This document shows, piece by piece, positions 1-12,479 of a stretch of DNA of 64,000 nt; the stretch's first letter is position 1; every line of letters begins with the position of its first letter. Source of the DNA: Squalus acanthias (Eukaryota). The position numbers and the translations under genes are program-made. A model generated the notes under the pieces. That model was not told the DNA's origin. It saw only the letters and a list, made by a program, of their open reading frames with translations, and did no database searches. Location of the stretch: contig CM059431.1 of NCBI GenBank assembly GCA_030390025.1, positions 149,360,001-149,424,000 on the forward strand, given 5' to 3'.

Positions 1-825
1 GTCTTTACTCCTATACTCAAATCCTCTATTAATAATGGTCAACATAGCATTTGCTTTCCTAATTGTTTGCTGTACCTTCATGTTATCTTTCAATGATTCG
101 TGTACGAGGACACCCAGATCACTCTGAACCGCATCATTCCCCAATCTAGCACCATTTAAAAAATATTTCTGCTTTTCTATGTTTCCTACCAAAATGGATA
201 ATTTCACATTTCTCCACATTTTGCCATGTACTTGCCCAATAACTTAGCTTGCCTATATCCCCTTGAAGCCTCCTTGCGACCTCCTCACAGCTTACATTCC
301 CACCTTACTTATATCATCAGCAAACTTGGATATATTACATTTGGTCCCTCATTCAAATCATTGTTGTAGATTGGGAATAGCTGAAGCCCAAGCACTGCTT
401 CTTGCGGTAACCCACTAGTTACAGCCTGCCAACCCGAAAATGACCCTTTTAATCCTGCTCTCTGTTTTCTGTCCGTTAATCAATCCTCAATATTTCCCCC
501 AATCCCATGAGACCTAATTTTATTTAATATCCTGTTTGGCGGCACCTTAGCGAATGCTTTCAGAAAATCCAAATACACCATATCCACTGGTTCCCCCTTA
601 TTTTTTCTGCTAGTTACAACCTCAGAAAATTCTAACAGATTTGGCAAAAACGGTTTCCCTTTCATAAATCAGCATTGACTCTGCCCAATCCTATTATTAT
701 TTTCTAAGTGCACAGTTACCACGTCCTTAATAATAGATTCTAGCATTTTCCAACTAACTGTCAGGCGAACTGCTCAGTAGTTCGATGTTTTCTCTCTCCC
801 TCCTTCCTTAACTAGTGGGGTTACA
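1..825 (-). mobile_element. CR1 LINE RT fragment, degraded
   Basis: Minus-strand translation contains NLLEF..GEPVD.VYLDF.KAF.KVP, a CR1 RT motif; has frameshifts. Confidence 0.9.
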
Positions 826-829
826 TTTC

Positions 830-1300
830 CTCTCTCTGTCGGGCCCAGGGTTCAATGAACAGTGATAAGGAGCAGTAGCCCTGGCTGATTTTCCCCTCTC
901 TCGGACCCAGGGGTCACTGGTCAGTGCTCAGGAGCAGGAAATCTGGCTGATTTCCCCAGCTCTTTAACCCAGGGACGATTGGACAATGATCAGGAGCAGG
1001 AACCCTTGCTCAATCCCACCCTTGCAAACTCAGGCGTCACTGGAAAGTGATCAGGAGCATGAAAATAGGCTGATTTCCACTTTAAATAAACCGGGGCCCA
1101 GTGGAAAGTGATCAGTTTCAGGAACTCTGTTTGATTTCCGCTCTCTATAAACCAGGGCTCACTGGACAGTGATAAGGAGCAACAACCCTGGCTGATTTCC
1201 ATTCTCTATAAACCAGGACTCACTGGACAGCGATCAGGAGGCGGAACCATGGCTTGTTTCACCTCTATCTAAACGAGGGTTCACTGGACAGTGATCAGAA
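830..1300. repeat. ~61 bp minisatellite, ~8 copies
   Basis: Recurrent CCAGGG..CACTGGACAGTGATCAGGAGCAGGAACCCTGGCTGATTTCC at ~61 bp spacing. Confidence 0.9.
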
Positions 1301-1666
1301 GGGTTTTTATTATAATCCGATTGGTTCATGATCCCCCTTACTGATACTAGCTTTTTATTCCAGATTTATTGCGTGGCTCCGGGCGATGTTGTGACGAGAA
1401 TGGAGCTGCATCTCCCAGCATGCCCAGCGAATTGAACTCCTCTGCAAAGTCAAGGAAGCCGGCTCCAGCGGTGCAACTTAAAGGGATCATAACCAATAAC
1501 TCGCCCCTGACAGAGTTTTGCAGTTGGAGTGGCTGTGTGATAATTCCTGCCACTGCAAGAGCTTTCCTTAGTTATTTCAAGGTTATTTAGTAGCAGGGAA
1601 TATTCTGGCAATTCCAAATTGTTCTCATTATTTTTCAGGCGCTTCAAACTACAATTGCTATAAGTC

Positions 1667-2744
1667 ATGGGGACTGTACTGACAGTCGAGCTCGCCCTCC
1701 AGCATCTACAGCGTAGGGAGCGAGAAAGACAGGACCATGTGCGCAGAGGGAGGAGGAGGAGGGCCAGCAGGGCTCTCAACAGGAGGCCTTAACCAACTAG
1801 GGTCTTCCGACATCAGTTCTCCTACCTTCAATTAAGCGAGGGGCTGTGTATTAGGAGGCTTCGTTTCACCAAGGAGGTGGTCACAGAACTCTGCCCCCCT
1901 CCTGCAACCAGACCTCCAGCCTCAGACCATGGCATCCGCGACTCTCCCAATGGCAGTCAATGTCACCGTGGAATTCAATCTCTTCGCCAGAGGATCCTTC
2001 CAGGCTAGGAGCAGGAGACGAAGCTAACAATGCACAGTTCGCCGACCATCGCTGTATCCGGGAGGTCACTGAAGATCTCTACAACAGGAGAAGGGAATAC
2101 ATTGTCTTTCTGATCACCAGGATAGAGGGCTTCCCCAAGGTTTTGCAGGCACCGCATAACAATCCTAGGATCTTCCGTAACCGCAAAGTGCGACCACACA
2201 CCGCGAATACTCTCTGTCAATTCCTGCTACTCTGTCAGCAGCTATTTGCTTTCAACCTGCGCCAGATTGGTGAGCCAGCACTCTTCCAGCCACCACGTCA
2301 AGCTCGAGGGTGGATGCTGGGAGACAAGGGCTAGCCGATCTCCACCCGGCTTATGACTTCCCTCCACAAACCCAACATCCATGCTCGCACTCATATTATG
2401 GAAGCCGTGCTACCACCAGGAACATCATCGAGCAGACCATCGGCTTATTGAAGCAACGGTTCTCCTGCCTTGGCCGCTCGGGAGGAGCCCTCCAGTACTC
2501 CGCTGAGTGGGTGTCTCACTTGAAGGTGGTCAGCTGCATGCTTCACAACTTGGTATTCAAGAAGGCGCAGCCCTTGCCAGCAGGGATTGCAGAACCACCT
2601 CAGGAGGTGGTAGAGGGAGAGAAGGAGGAGGAGGACGAGGAGGAGAAGGAAGAGGAACAGGAGGGAGGGAGGAGGCAGTCAGACAATTGGTCTTTTGGAT
2701 GGGCGTCCATGACCAGCTCATCAGACTCCGATTCGCATGAATGA
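1667..2744 (+). pseudogene. PIF/Harbinger (HARBI1-like) DDE transposase remnant
   Basis: ATG at 1667. Across frames: RRLRFTKEVVTELC, GSFQ, HRCIREVT, WMLGDKG*P, TRNIIEQTIGLLKQRFSCL, CMLHNL and an acidic tail. Contains stops and frameshifts; the GAIDxTH motif appears deleted. Confidence 0.88.
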
Positions 2745-3269
2745 AACCTCAGATCCCCGTAGTTCACCACATCCCCTTCATACATTCACTTTCTTATTGC
2801 GGATAACATCGTCCTCCTGGGCGCAAGGATGAAATGAGAGACAACACAAAAGATTCCCAAAGACAAATTATCTATATATATATCGCACATATTTGCATAA
2901 ATACTATGAACGAATCACCCATGCGCAATCCCTTAATGCATGTCATTCGTGTGCCTTTTCCTACACTGATTCACCTGCTCAGTTCGACACCAGTGGCTGC
3001 AGCACGGCTGGTGGAAGGCGGGAGAATTCAGATGGCCTTGTTGGACGACCTCGATCAGCTGTGGACCTAGAGGGCCCGGCTGTAGACTTCGCTAGCTCGG
3101 TATGGGTGCCGGCATTCTGGGCTGGCTGGCTGATGTGCAGCGTAAATGGCAAGGCCAAAGGCGGAGTTGCAGTGATGGGAGCAGGTATGCTCTCAGCCTG
3201 AGAGAGGACAGCAGGTTGCTGCTACACTGAAATACTCCTGTTCCCATTTCTTATGCTATTATGTACTTA

Positions 3270-3920
3270 TGATAAAGAAGGAAGAGAAAAAGGATGAAGT
3301 GAGAGTTAGAGAGTCATAGAGGGGGGGACAGTGAGAGGGATAGACAGACAGGGAGTGCTAGACATAGAATGGAGAGCGAGAGAGACAAAGAGAGAAACAG
3401 CCAGTGAGAGACAGAGAAAGCGATACATAAAGAGACAGAGACAGATAAAGACAGAGGGAGAGACAGAGAGGAGTGAGAGAGAGAGAGGCAGTGAAAGAGA
3501 GGCTGAGGCAGAAAGACAGAGACAGACAGAGAGATAAACAGAGATTACGTGCTGTGAAATAGACTAGCAGAGACTGAGAGAGAGACAGAGTGAGTGAGAG
3601 GGACAGACAGTGAGTGAAAGAGACAGACAGTGAGTGAGAGACAGCGAGCGAGTGAGAGAGAAAGCGAGTGAGTGAGAGAGACAGAGAGTGAGTGACAGAG
3701 ACAGAGTGAGTGAGTTAGAAGAGGCAGAGACTGAGATAGAGTGAGCACAACAGAAAGGGAGTAAGACGGACAGAGTGACAGAAATATTTAGTAGAGATAG
3801 ACAAGGTAGAGAGAGGTGATATTATTAGATATAGATAGGGAGAGAGAGGTTGTAACAGAGATAGAGGAGAGATCGATGATAGTGGACAAACACGGAGTGA
3901 GTAGCAGATTACAGACAGAG
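3270..3920. repeat. GA-rich low-complexity tract
   Basis: GAGA/GACA/GAGT purine-rich simple repeats. Confidence 0.9.
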
Positions 3921-4269
3921 GGAGATGTGTTTCCCTCTTGGTTCTGTAAAAATCTGTGTGCTGTGGGCCCTTTGAGCTGTTAATGATCAATTGACATAAT
4001 GTGCTTTATTACTCGGTGTGATACCAGATTTTTTATCTCCAAAAATTGCACAGAACTGAGCTGTTGCCAGCTAAACAAAACCCACTTGTTGGAAGGACAG
4101 TAGAGTTATTCCAGGAAGAAAGTGGATTAGTTTAAATACACTGAGACGAAAGAAGCAGGAATTGATATCTCGACACTGATCTGACCGCGAGACTGGAGCT
4201 GAGCATCCCAGGGAGGGGCATCACTGAGAGTGTGGGTAGGCAATAATCAATGGGAAAGGCCAATGCTCC

Positions 4270-4500
4270 ATCCCGGCCTGTGTTGAGTTGGCCTGATCTC
4301 ACACCCGGTGTGTTACGGAGACCCACATACACACAGAGCAGGCGAGACCCAGGCTCCATCGCTGTTCTGTACTGAGTTATGCTGATCTCACCCGGTGTCG
4401 GACTGAACCCCTCACACACAGAAAAGCAAGGACGAGGCTCCATCTCCGTACTGTTCTGAGTGAGCTGATCTCACATCAGCTGTGGTGTTGACCCCCACAC
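4270..4500 (+). repeat. Outlier units of the 80 bp satellite (~3)
   Basis: GCTGATCTCACCCGGTGT..CACACAGAGCAGG..GGCTCCATC, as in 17845-37016. Confidence 0.85.
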
Positions 4501-4509
4501 ATGCGTACA

Positions 4510-5115
4510 CACACAGAATGGGGCAGTGCAGAGGGAGCTTTAATCTGCATTTCACTCATGCTGTATCTGCCATGAGCGAGTTTGAGGGGGCAGCGCAGAG
4601 GGCGCTTTACTCTTTATCTAACCCCGTGCTGTTCCTGTCCTGGGAGGGTTTGATGGGACAGTGAAGAGTGAGATTTACTCTGTATCTATCCGTGCTGTTC
4701 CTGCCCTTTGAGTGTTTGATGTGCCAGTGCAGAGGGAGAGTTACTCCGTATCTAACCCCGTGCTGTAGCTGCCCTGTGAGTGTTTCATGGGACAGTGTAG
4801 AGGGAGATTTACTCTGTATCTAACGCCGTGATGTACCTGCCCTGGGAGTGCTTGATTGACCAGTTCAGAGGGAGAGTCAGTGTGTATCTAACATGCGCTG
4901 TACCAGCCCTGGGTTCGTCCGGTAGTGCATTGAAAACGGAGATTTACTCTGTATCTAATCCGTTCTGTACCTGCCCTGGGAGTGTTTGAAGGACAGGGTA
5001 ACGAGAGCTTTACTCTGTCTCTAACCCATGCTGCACCTGCCTGGGTGTGTTTGATGGCGATGTGCAGAGTGAGATTTACTCTGTAGCTAACCCCGTGCTG
5101 TACCTTCCGAGGGAA
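4510..5115. repeat. ~68 bp minisatellite, ~9 copies
   Basis: GGACAGTGTAGAGGGAGATTTACTCTGTATCTAACCCCGTGCTGTACCTGCCCTGGGAGTGTTTGAT repeats. Confidence 0.92.
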
Positions 5116-5369
5116 CAGTTTAAACTAAGATTGCTGTCATTCCCCACGCCTCACATTTCTGCGTATTATTCTGAGAACGTGTTTGTATTGGTCTGTCCTG
5201 TTATTACAAAACGTCCACTGTTCAACCTGTACGGGTCTGTCTCTCGCTGGGGTCCGGGTTCCTCGAGCAGTTCATTCATGGAGTACTGCTGAGTGCTGTT
5301 ATTGAACCGTGGGAGGCGTCAAGGTCAGTCTCCATCGTGATTTGCGCTTTCATAACAACAGCCATTACA

Positions 5370-6570
5370 TGACATAAAATGTAAAGCACAGAATCAGGCC
5401 AGTCAGTCCAACTGCTTTATGCCAGTGTTTATGCGCCACACGGACCTCCACCCAGCACTCTTCATCTTACACTATCAGCATAACCTTCTAATATTTTCCG
5501 CTTCATGTGTTTGTAATGCTTCCCCTTAAATGGATCAATACCATTCACCTCAACCAATCTCTGTGTTAGCGAGTTCCACTTTCTCACCACTCTCTGGGTA
5601 AAGAGGTTTCTCCTGAATACCTTATTGGATTTATTGGTGACTATCTTATATTCATGGTCCGCTGGAGTATTGTGTACAAATTCTTGGCAACACACTTTCG
5701 GAAAGATCAGTCATAGATTTATATAGCGCAGAAAGAGGCCCTTCGGGCCATCGTGTCCGCGCCGTCTATCAAACCCTATCTATTCTAATCCCATTTTCCA
5801 GCACTTGGTCCGTAGCCTTGTCTGCTACGGCGTTTCAATTGCTCATCTAAACGCTTCTTCAATATTGTGAGGGTTCCTGGCCCTACCACCCTTTCAGGCA
5901 GTGAGTTCCAGATTCCAACGAACCTCTGGATGAAAAAGTTTTTCCTCAAATTCCCTAGAATCCTCCTGCCTTTTTCCTTGAAACTATGCCCCCTGGTTAT
6001 TGTCCCCTCTACTAAGGGGAAAAGTTCCTTTCTATCTATCCAATCTACGCCTTTCATAATTGTGTACACCTCAATCAGGTCCCCCCTCAGCCTTCGCTGC
6101 TTCAAGGAAAACAACCCCAGCCTGTCCAATCTCTCTTCATAGCTGAAGCGCTCCAGCCCAGTAACATCCTGGTTAATCTCCTCTGCACCCTCTCCAATGC
6201 AATCACATCGTTCCTATAGTGTGGCGACCTGAACTGCACCCAGTATTCCAGCTGTGAACTAACTCGCGTTTTGTACAGCTCCATTATAACCTTCCTGCTC
6301 TTATATTCTGTGCCTCGGCTAATGAATGCAAGTATCCCATATGGCTTTTTAACCACCTCATCTATCTGTCCTGCTGCCTTCAGGGATCTATGTACATGCA
6401 CACCAAGGTCCGTCTGATCCTCTGTCCTTCCGAGGGTCCTACTATTCATTGTTTATTCCGTTGCCTTGTTAGTCCTCCAAAAATACATCACCTCAAACTT
6501 TTCAGGGTTAAATTCCATTTGCCACTGTTCTGCCCATCTGACCAACCGTTCCATATCGTCCTGTAGCCTG
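5370..6570 (-). mobile_element. Two adjacent CR1 3' fragments
   Basis: FTQRVV..WNSL, RRLRGDLIEVY, GYGPSAGKWD and LEY.VQF.SPHYR.D motifs. Confidence 0.92.
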
Positions 6571-7218
6571 CTTCTCTCTCTGTCTCCTCCCTACACATCT
6601 ACTTGCCATCTGTCTCCCATATATCACTGTCTCTGTCTCTGTCTCTGTCTCCACCTCATCAGCCTCTTCTCTTTTTCTCCCCATCTGCCACCGCATCTCT
6701 CTCCCTCTCTGACAGTCCCGTCTGTCTCCATTCCATCAGTCCCACCCGTCTGCCTTCTTAAGTCTACTTCCTCCCATCTGTCTACCACCTGTCTCTCTCC
6801 ATCCATCTCACTCCCCATCAGTGTGTCTCTCCGCTACGCGTCTGTCACTCTCTCTCGAACTCCCACCTGGCCTTTTCTCTCTGTGTCTCTCCCAGTCTGT
6901 CTCATCTGCATCTCTCTCCCACGTCTGTCTCTCTCCCTGTCTTCCCTCAACTGTACGCCGCATTTTTCTCCATCCACTCTGTTTCTCTCTCTGTTTCTCA
7001 CCACCGTCTTTCTCTACCATTTTATGCCCACGAATAACCCCTTCTTTCTCCACCCGTCTGTCTCTCCCGTCTGTCTTTACCCGTCTGTCTCCCCCGTCCA
7101 GCTCTCTGTGTCTCATTTCATCTGTGTTGTCGTCTGTTTCTCATCTCTCTCTCTCTGCCTCCCCACCACCTGTCTCCCCCTCTGACTCCCCAGATCTCTT
7201 TCTTTCCCTGTCTCCCGC

Positions 7219-7274
<56 letters not shown>

Positions 7275-8750
7275 GCCATCCCCCATCTGTCTGTCTCTCA
7301 ATCTCTCTCCTCCATCTCTCTCCAATTGTCTCTCTCTCCCATCCTTGTACCCAAGGGTCTGTCACAGGCTCTGTTTCGCCCATATATCTCCCTCGCTCTC
7401 TCTCACCTGTCTGTCTCCACCATTCTGATTCCCCATGTCTGCTTCCTCCTGCCTATGTCCCCCTGTCTGCCTCTCTCTCTGTCTCCTCCCTATCCGTCAC
7501 CCTGCAGTCCATCTCCCACCATCTGTCTCTCTCTCTCTCTCTGTCTCCACCCCTTCGGCCTCTAACTCTTTTTCTCCCCATCTACCTCCCCGTCTACCTC
7601 CCCGTCTGCCTCCTCCCGTCTGCTTCCTCCGATCTCTCAACAATGTGTGTCTCACCCATTTGACTCTCTCTGTGTCACCCACCATCTGTCTCTCTCCTCA
7701 GCAGTGTGTCACCCCCCTGTCGGTCTGTCACTCTCTCTCTATCTTCCAGCTGTCGGTCTCTCACTGTCCTCCCGAGTCTGTCTCATCCCCAGCTCTCAGC
7801 CCCATCTCTCTCTCTCTCTCTGTCCCCCTCACCTGCACTCCGCATCTGTCTGGTTCCATTGTCTGTCTCTCTCTGTTTCTCTCCACCGTCTCTCTCTCTT
7901 GTGTATCCCCACGTCTGTCTCTCCCTGCATCCACCCGTCTTTCTCCACCGTCCATCGCTCTCTATCTCTCTGATTCCCCCGTCTGTCTCACCACCCTGTG
8001 CATCTCTCTCTCTCTCTCTCTCTGACTCCGCCGTCTGTCTCACCACCCTGTGCATCTCTCTATCTCTCTGTCTCAATCCGTCTGTCTCGCCACCATCTGT
8101 CACGTTGCCTGTCTCCTCCTTCTGTCTCGCCGTCTGCTTCCCATCTCTCTCTCCCTCTCTCTCTCCACTCCGGCTGTGTCCTCCTCTAACTCTCCTTATC
8201 TCTCTCTTTCTCACTACCGTAATTCTCTCTCTGTGTCTCTCTCTATCTATCTATCTGTCTTGCGCATTGTTCTCTCCCGAGTCTGCTACTCGCACTGTCT
8301 CCCAGATATGTCACTCTCGCTGTCTCCACTGTCTGTCTACCCAGTCTGTCTTACGCTCTCTGTCTCTCCCGCATCTCTCTCAACCCATCTGTCTACATCT
8401 TTGTCTCAGCAATCCCCCGTCTCTCTCCCCCACATCCGGCCGGTCTCTCTCTCCCTCTCTGTCTCAACCCCGTCTGTTCTCTTTCTGTCTCCCAACCCCC
8501 CACCCACGACTTGCTCTATTCCTCTCTGTCTATCTCCCACCGTACATCTCTATCTCTCTGTCTCCACCAATCTTTCACCTCCCCGTCTCTCCTTAATTAT
8601 CATCGTTTTTCTCTCTTTCACCCGACGTCTGTCTCCCCCACACCCCGCCGGTCTGACCCTCACTCTCTCTCTGTCTCCTCCCATCTGTATCCCCGTCTGC
8701 CTCTCTCTCTGTCTCCTCTCCAACCACTTCCACCTCGTCTGTCTGATAAA
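6570..8750. repeat. CT-rich polypyrimidine tract with a pure (CT)n run near 7220-7271
   Basis: Cryptic CTCCCCGTCTGTCT repeats. Confidence 0.95.
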
Positions 8751-10810
8751 ACATAAGAAAATAAGAAATAAGAGCAGGAGTAGGCCATACGACACCTCGA
8801 GCCTGCTTCGAAATTCAATGAGATCATGGCTGATCATTGAACTCAAATCCACTTTCCCGCCCGATCTTCATATCCCTTGATTCATATGGAGTCCAAATAT
8901 CTATCTAACTCAGCCTTGAATATACTCAAAGCCTCAGGTTTAACAGCCCTCTGTTGCAGATAATTCCAAAGATTCACAACCAACTGATTGTAGAAATTCT
9001 TCCTCATCTCAGTCTTAAATGGCTTATCCCTTATCCTTTGTCTCTGCCCCCTAGTTATTGACACTGTAGCCAGGGGAAACACCCTATCACCATCAATCCT
9101 GTCAATCCCCTTCAGAATCTTGTATTTTTCAAAGAGATCACCTCTCATTCTTCTAATCTCCAGAGAGTATAGGCCCATTCTACACAATCTCTCATCATCG
9201 GACAATCCTCTTTTCCCAGGAATCAATCTAGTGAACATTCGTTGGTCACCTCCAATGCAAGCATATCGTTCCTTAGATCAGGAGACCAAAGCTTTTCACA
9301 GTACTCCAGGTGGGTTCTCACTAAGGCACTGTACAATTGCAGCAAAACTTCCCTACTCTTATACTCCAACACCCTTGCAATAAATGCCAACATGTCATAT
9401 GCCATCCTTATTGCTAGCTGTACCTGCATGCTAGCTTTCTGTGTTTCTTGCACAAGGACACGCAAATCTCTCTGAACACCAACATTTGAAATTTTCCAAC
9501 CATTTAAAAAGCATTTTGCTTTTCTATTCTTCCGTCCAATGTGAATAACCTCACATTTCCCTGCATTATACTCCATCTGCCAACGTTTTTTTTATTCGTT
9601 TATGGGATCAGGGCATCGCTGGCAATGGCAGCATTTATTGCCCATCACTATTTGTCCTTGAGGAGGTGATGGTGAACAGCCTTCTTGAACCGCTGCAGTC
9701 CTTTTGGTGATGGTACTCCCAAAGTGCTGTTAGGTAGGGAGTTCCAGGATTTTGATCCTGCGACGATGAAGGATCGGCGATATACCTCTAAGTCAGGATG
9801 GTATGTGACTTGGAGAGGAACTTGGAGGTGATGGTGTTCCCATGCGCCTTCTGCCCTTTTCCTTCTAGGTGGAAGAGGCTGCGGGTTTGGGAGGTGCTGC
9901 CGAAGAAGCATTGGCGAGTAGCTGCAGTGCATTCCGTAGATGGTGCACACTGCAGCCAATATACCCAAGTGTTGGTGGGAGTAAATGTTTAAGGTGGTGG
10001 ATTGGGTGCCAATCAAGCGGGCTGCTTTGTCCTGGATGGTGTCGAGCTTCTTGAGTGTTGTTGGAGCTGCACTCATCCAGGACCACTCACTTTGTCTTGT
10101 TATTACGCTTTGCAGACTCTTTTTGTTCGCCTCACAGCTAACTGTCCCACCTAGCTTTGTATCATCAGCAAGCTTAGATACATTGCACTCGTTCTCTTCA
10201 TCTGGGTCATTAATATAGATTGCAAATAATTGAGGCCCCAACACTGATCCTTGTGGCACCCCACTAATTACAGCTTTCGAACTTGTAAAAGATGTGTTTA
10301 TCCCATCTCTCTCTTTTCTGTCCGTTAAACAATCCTCTATCCATGCTATTATATTACCCTCAACTCCGTGAGCCCTATCTTGCATGATAAACTTTTATGT
10401 GAGTACTTATCGAATGCCTTTTTGAAATCCAAAAATAGTACATCTACTGTTCCCTTTCTAAAAACCATGTTGACTGTGCGTAATCATGTTTGATTTTCTA
10501 ACTGCCCTGATAGCACTTCCTTAACAATGGATTCCATCATTTTACCAACGCCTGATGTCAGGCCTATAGTTCTGCCTCCTTTCTTGCATAGTGCTGTTAC
10601 TTTTGCGACCTTCCAATCCGGTGGGACCATTACACAATCTAGGGAATTTTGGAGGATGAAAACCAATGCATCCACTATCTCTTCAGCCTCCTCTTTTAGA
10701 ACCCTAGGATGTAAGCCTTCAGATCTCAGCGGTTTTGTTGGCTTTTAATCCCATTCGTTTCTCGAGTAATTTTTGTCTACTTATAATAATTACGTTAATT
10801 TCCTCAGCCT
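8751..10810 (-). mobile_element. CR1 LINE 3' half, interrupted by another LINE
   Basis: 3' tail at 8751 (ACATAAGAAAATAAGAAATAAGAGCAGGAGTAGGCC) and RT motifs [13 protein letters not shown] and ADDTKLGG. Confidence 0.92.
9586..10080 (-). mobile_element. 3' fragment of a second CR1-clade LINE family nested in CR1
   Basis: Poly-T tail at 9586; encodes WMSAAPTTLKKLDTIQDKAARLIG..SWNSLPN; the host CR1 resumes at 10081. Confidence 0.85.
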
Positions 10811-10814
10811 CATT

Positions 10815-12475
10815 AAAACCTTGGAGTGAAAGAAGAAGCTTATGATGTTGCAAATAATAACAGTAAGACTTAGAATTGGGAGAGTTTCAGAAACCAGCAA
10901 ATGTTGACCCAAAAATTGAAAAAAAGGAAAACAATGAATATGAGAGAAAACTAGCAAGAAATATCGAAGCAGATTGTAAGAGTTTTTACAAGTATGTAAA
11001 AAGGTAAAGTGTAGCAAAGGTAAACGTTGGTCCCTTAGAGGCTGAGACAGGAGAAAATATTATGGGGAATATGTAATTGGCAGAAAATGTAAACATATAT
11101 TTTGTATCTGTCTTCACAGTAGAAAACACAAAAAGCATACCAAAAATTGTGGGCAACGAAGGGTCCAATGACGGTGAGGAACTTAACGTATATAATATAA
11201 GTAGAGCAAAATTAATAGAGAAATTAATGGGACTAAAAGCTGACAAATCCCCTGGACCTGACGGCTTGCATACTTGGGCTTTAAAAGAGGTGGTTGAAGA
11301 GATAGTGGATGCATTGGCTTTGATCTTCCAAAATTCCCTAGAATATGGAATGGTCCCAGCGGATTGGAAGTTCACAAATGTAACACTGCTATTCAAGAGA
11401 GGAGGGACAAAACAATCAGGGAACCAGTTAGCCTGACATCAGTCGACGTGAAAATGCTGGAATCCATTGTTACGGAAGTGGTAACAAGTCATTCATAAAA
11501 TCATAACCGTGTTTGACAAATTTATTATTGCTTTTGGAGGGGAACCTGTGGGTGTAGTATATTTGGATTTCCAAAAGGCATTGCATAAAGTGCCATATAA
11601 AAGGTTATTGCACAAGATTAGGACTCATGGGGTTGTTGTTCTCTAACAGCATGGATAAAGGATTAGTTAACGGACATAAAAAATAGAGTAGGGATAAACG
11701 GATCTTTCTCACTTTGGCAGGATTTAACTATTGGGGTGCCGCAAGGTTCAGTTTTGGGTACTCAGCTATTTACAATCTTTATTAATGACCTAGATGAAGG
11801 AACCGAGTGTAATGTATCCAAGTTTGCTGATGATACCAACGCTTGGTGGGACAGTATGCTGTGAGGAGAACACAAAGAGTCTGCAAAGGCATATAGATAT
11901 GCTAAGAGAATGGGCAGTAAGATGGCAGATGGAGTATAATGTTGGGAAATGTGAGGTTATTGATTTTGGTAGGAAGATTGGAAAAACAGAATCATTTTTA
12001 AATGGAGATAAACTTTCAGATGTTGGTGTTCAGAGAGGTTTGGGTGTCCTCGTGCGAGAAACACAGAAAGCTAGCATACAGGTACAGCAAGCAATAAGGA
12101 AGGCAAATGGCATGTTGCCCTTTATCGCAAGGGATTGGAGTATACGTGTAAGGATGTCTTGCTATAATTGTACTTGGCCTTGGTGTGACTACACCTAGAC
12201 TACTCTGCACATATTTGGTCTCCTTATCTAAGGAGGGTTATACTTGCAATGGAGACAGTATTACGAAGGTACGCTAGATTGATTCCTGGGATGAGAGGGC
12301 TGTCCTTTTTGAGAGATTGTGCAGAATGGGCCACAACTCTCTGGAGTTTAGAAGAATGAGGTGTGATCTCATTGAAACATACAAGATTCTGAAGGGGATA
12401 GACAGGGTAGCTGCTGAGAGGTTGTTCTCCTGGCTGGAGTTTCAGGAACTAGGGCACATAGTCTCGGGATAATGT
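10815..12475 (+). mobile_element. CR1 ORF2 fragment, degraded
   Basis: GLKADKSPGPDGLH and WQMEYNVGKCEV motifs; has frameshifts. Confidence 0.92.
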
Positions 12476-12479
12476 CCAG

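Larger units (their letters stand above)
3520..6570 (+). repeat. Segmental duplication, copy A (pairs with 38500-41610)
   Basis: Colinear match through the GA tract, a unique segment, 80 bp units, the 68 bp minisatellite, a second unique segment and two CR1 fragments. Confidence 0.92.

Noticed and set aside
9648..10385. 245 aa ORF as a novel RT gene
   Set aside because: Chance in-frame join between a CR1 fragment and the LINE nested in it; catalytic region degraded.
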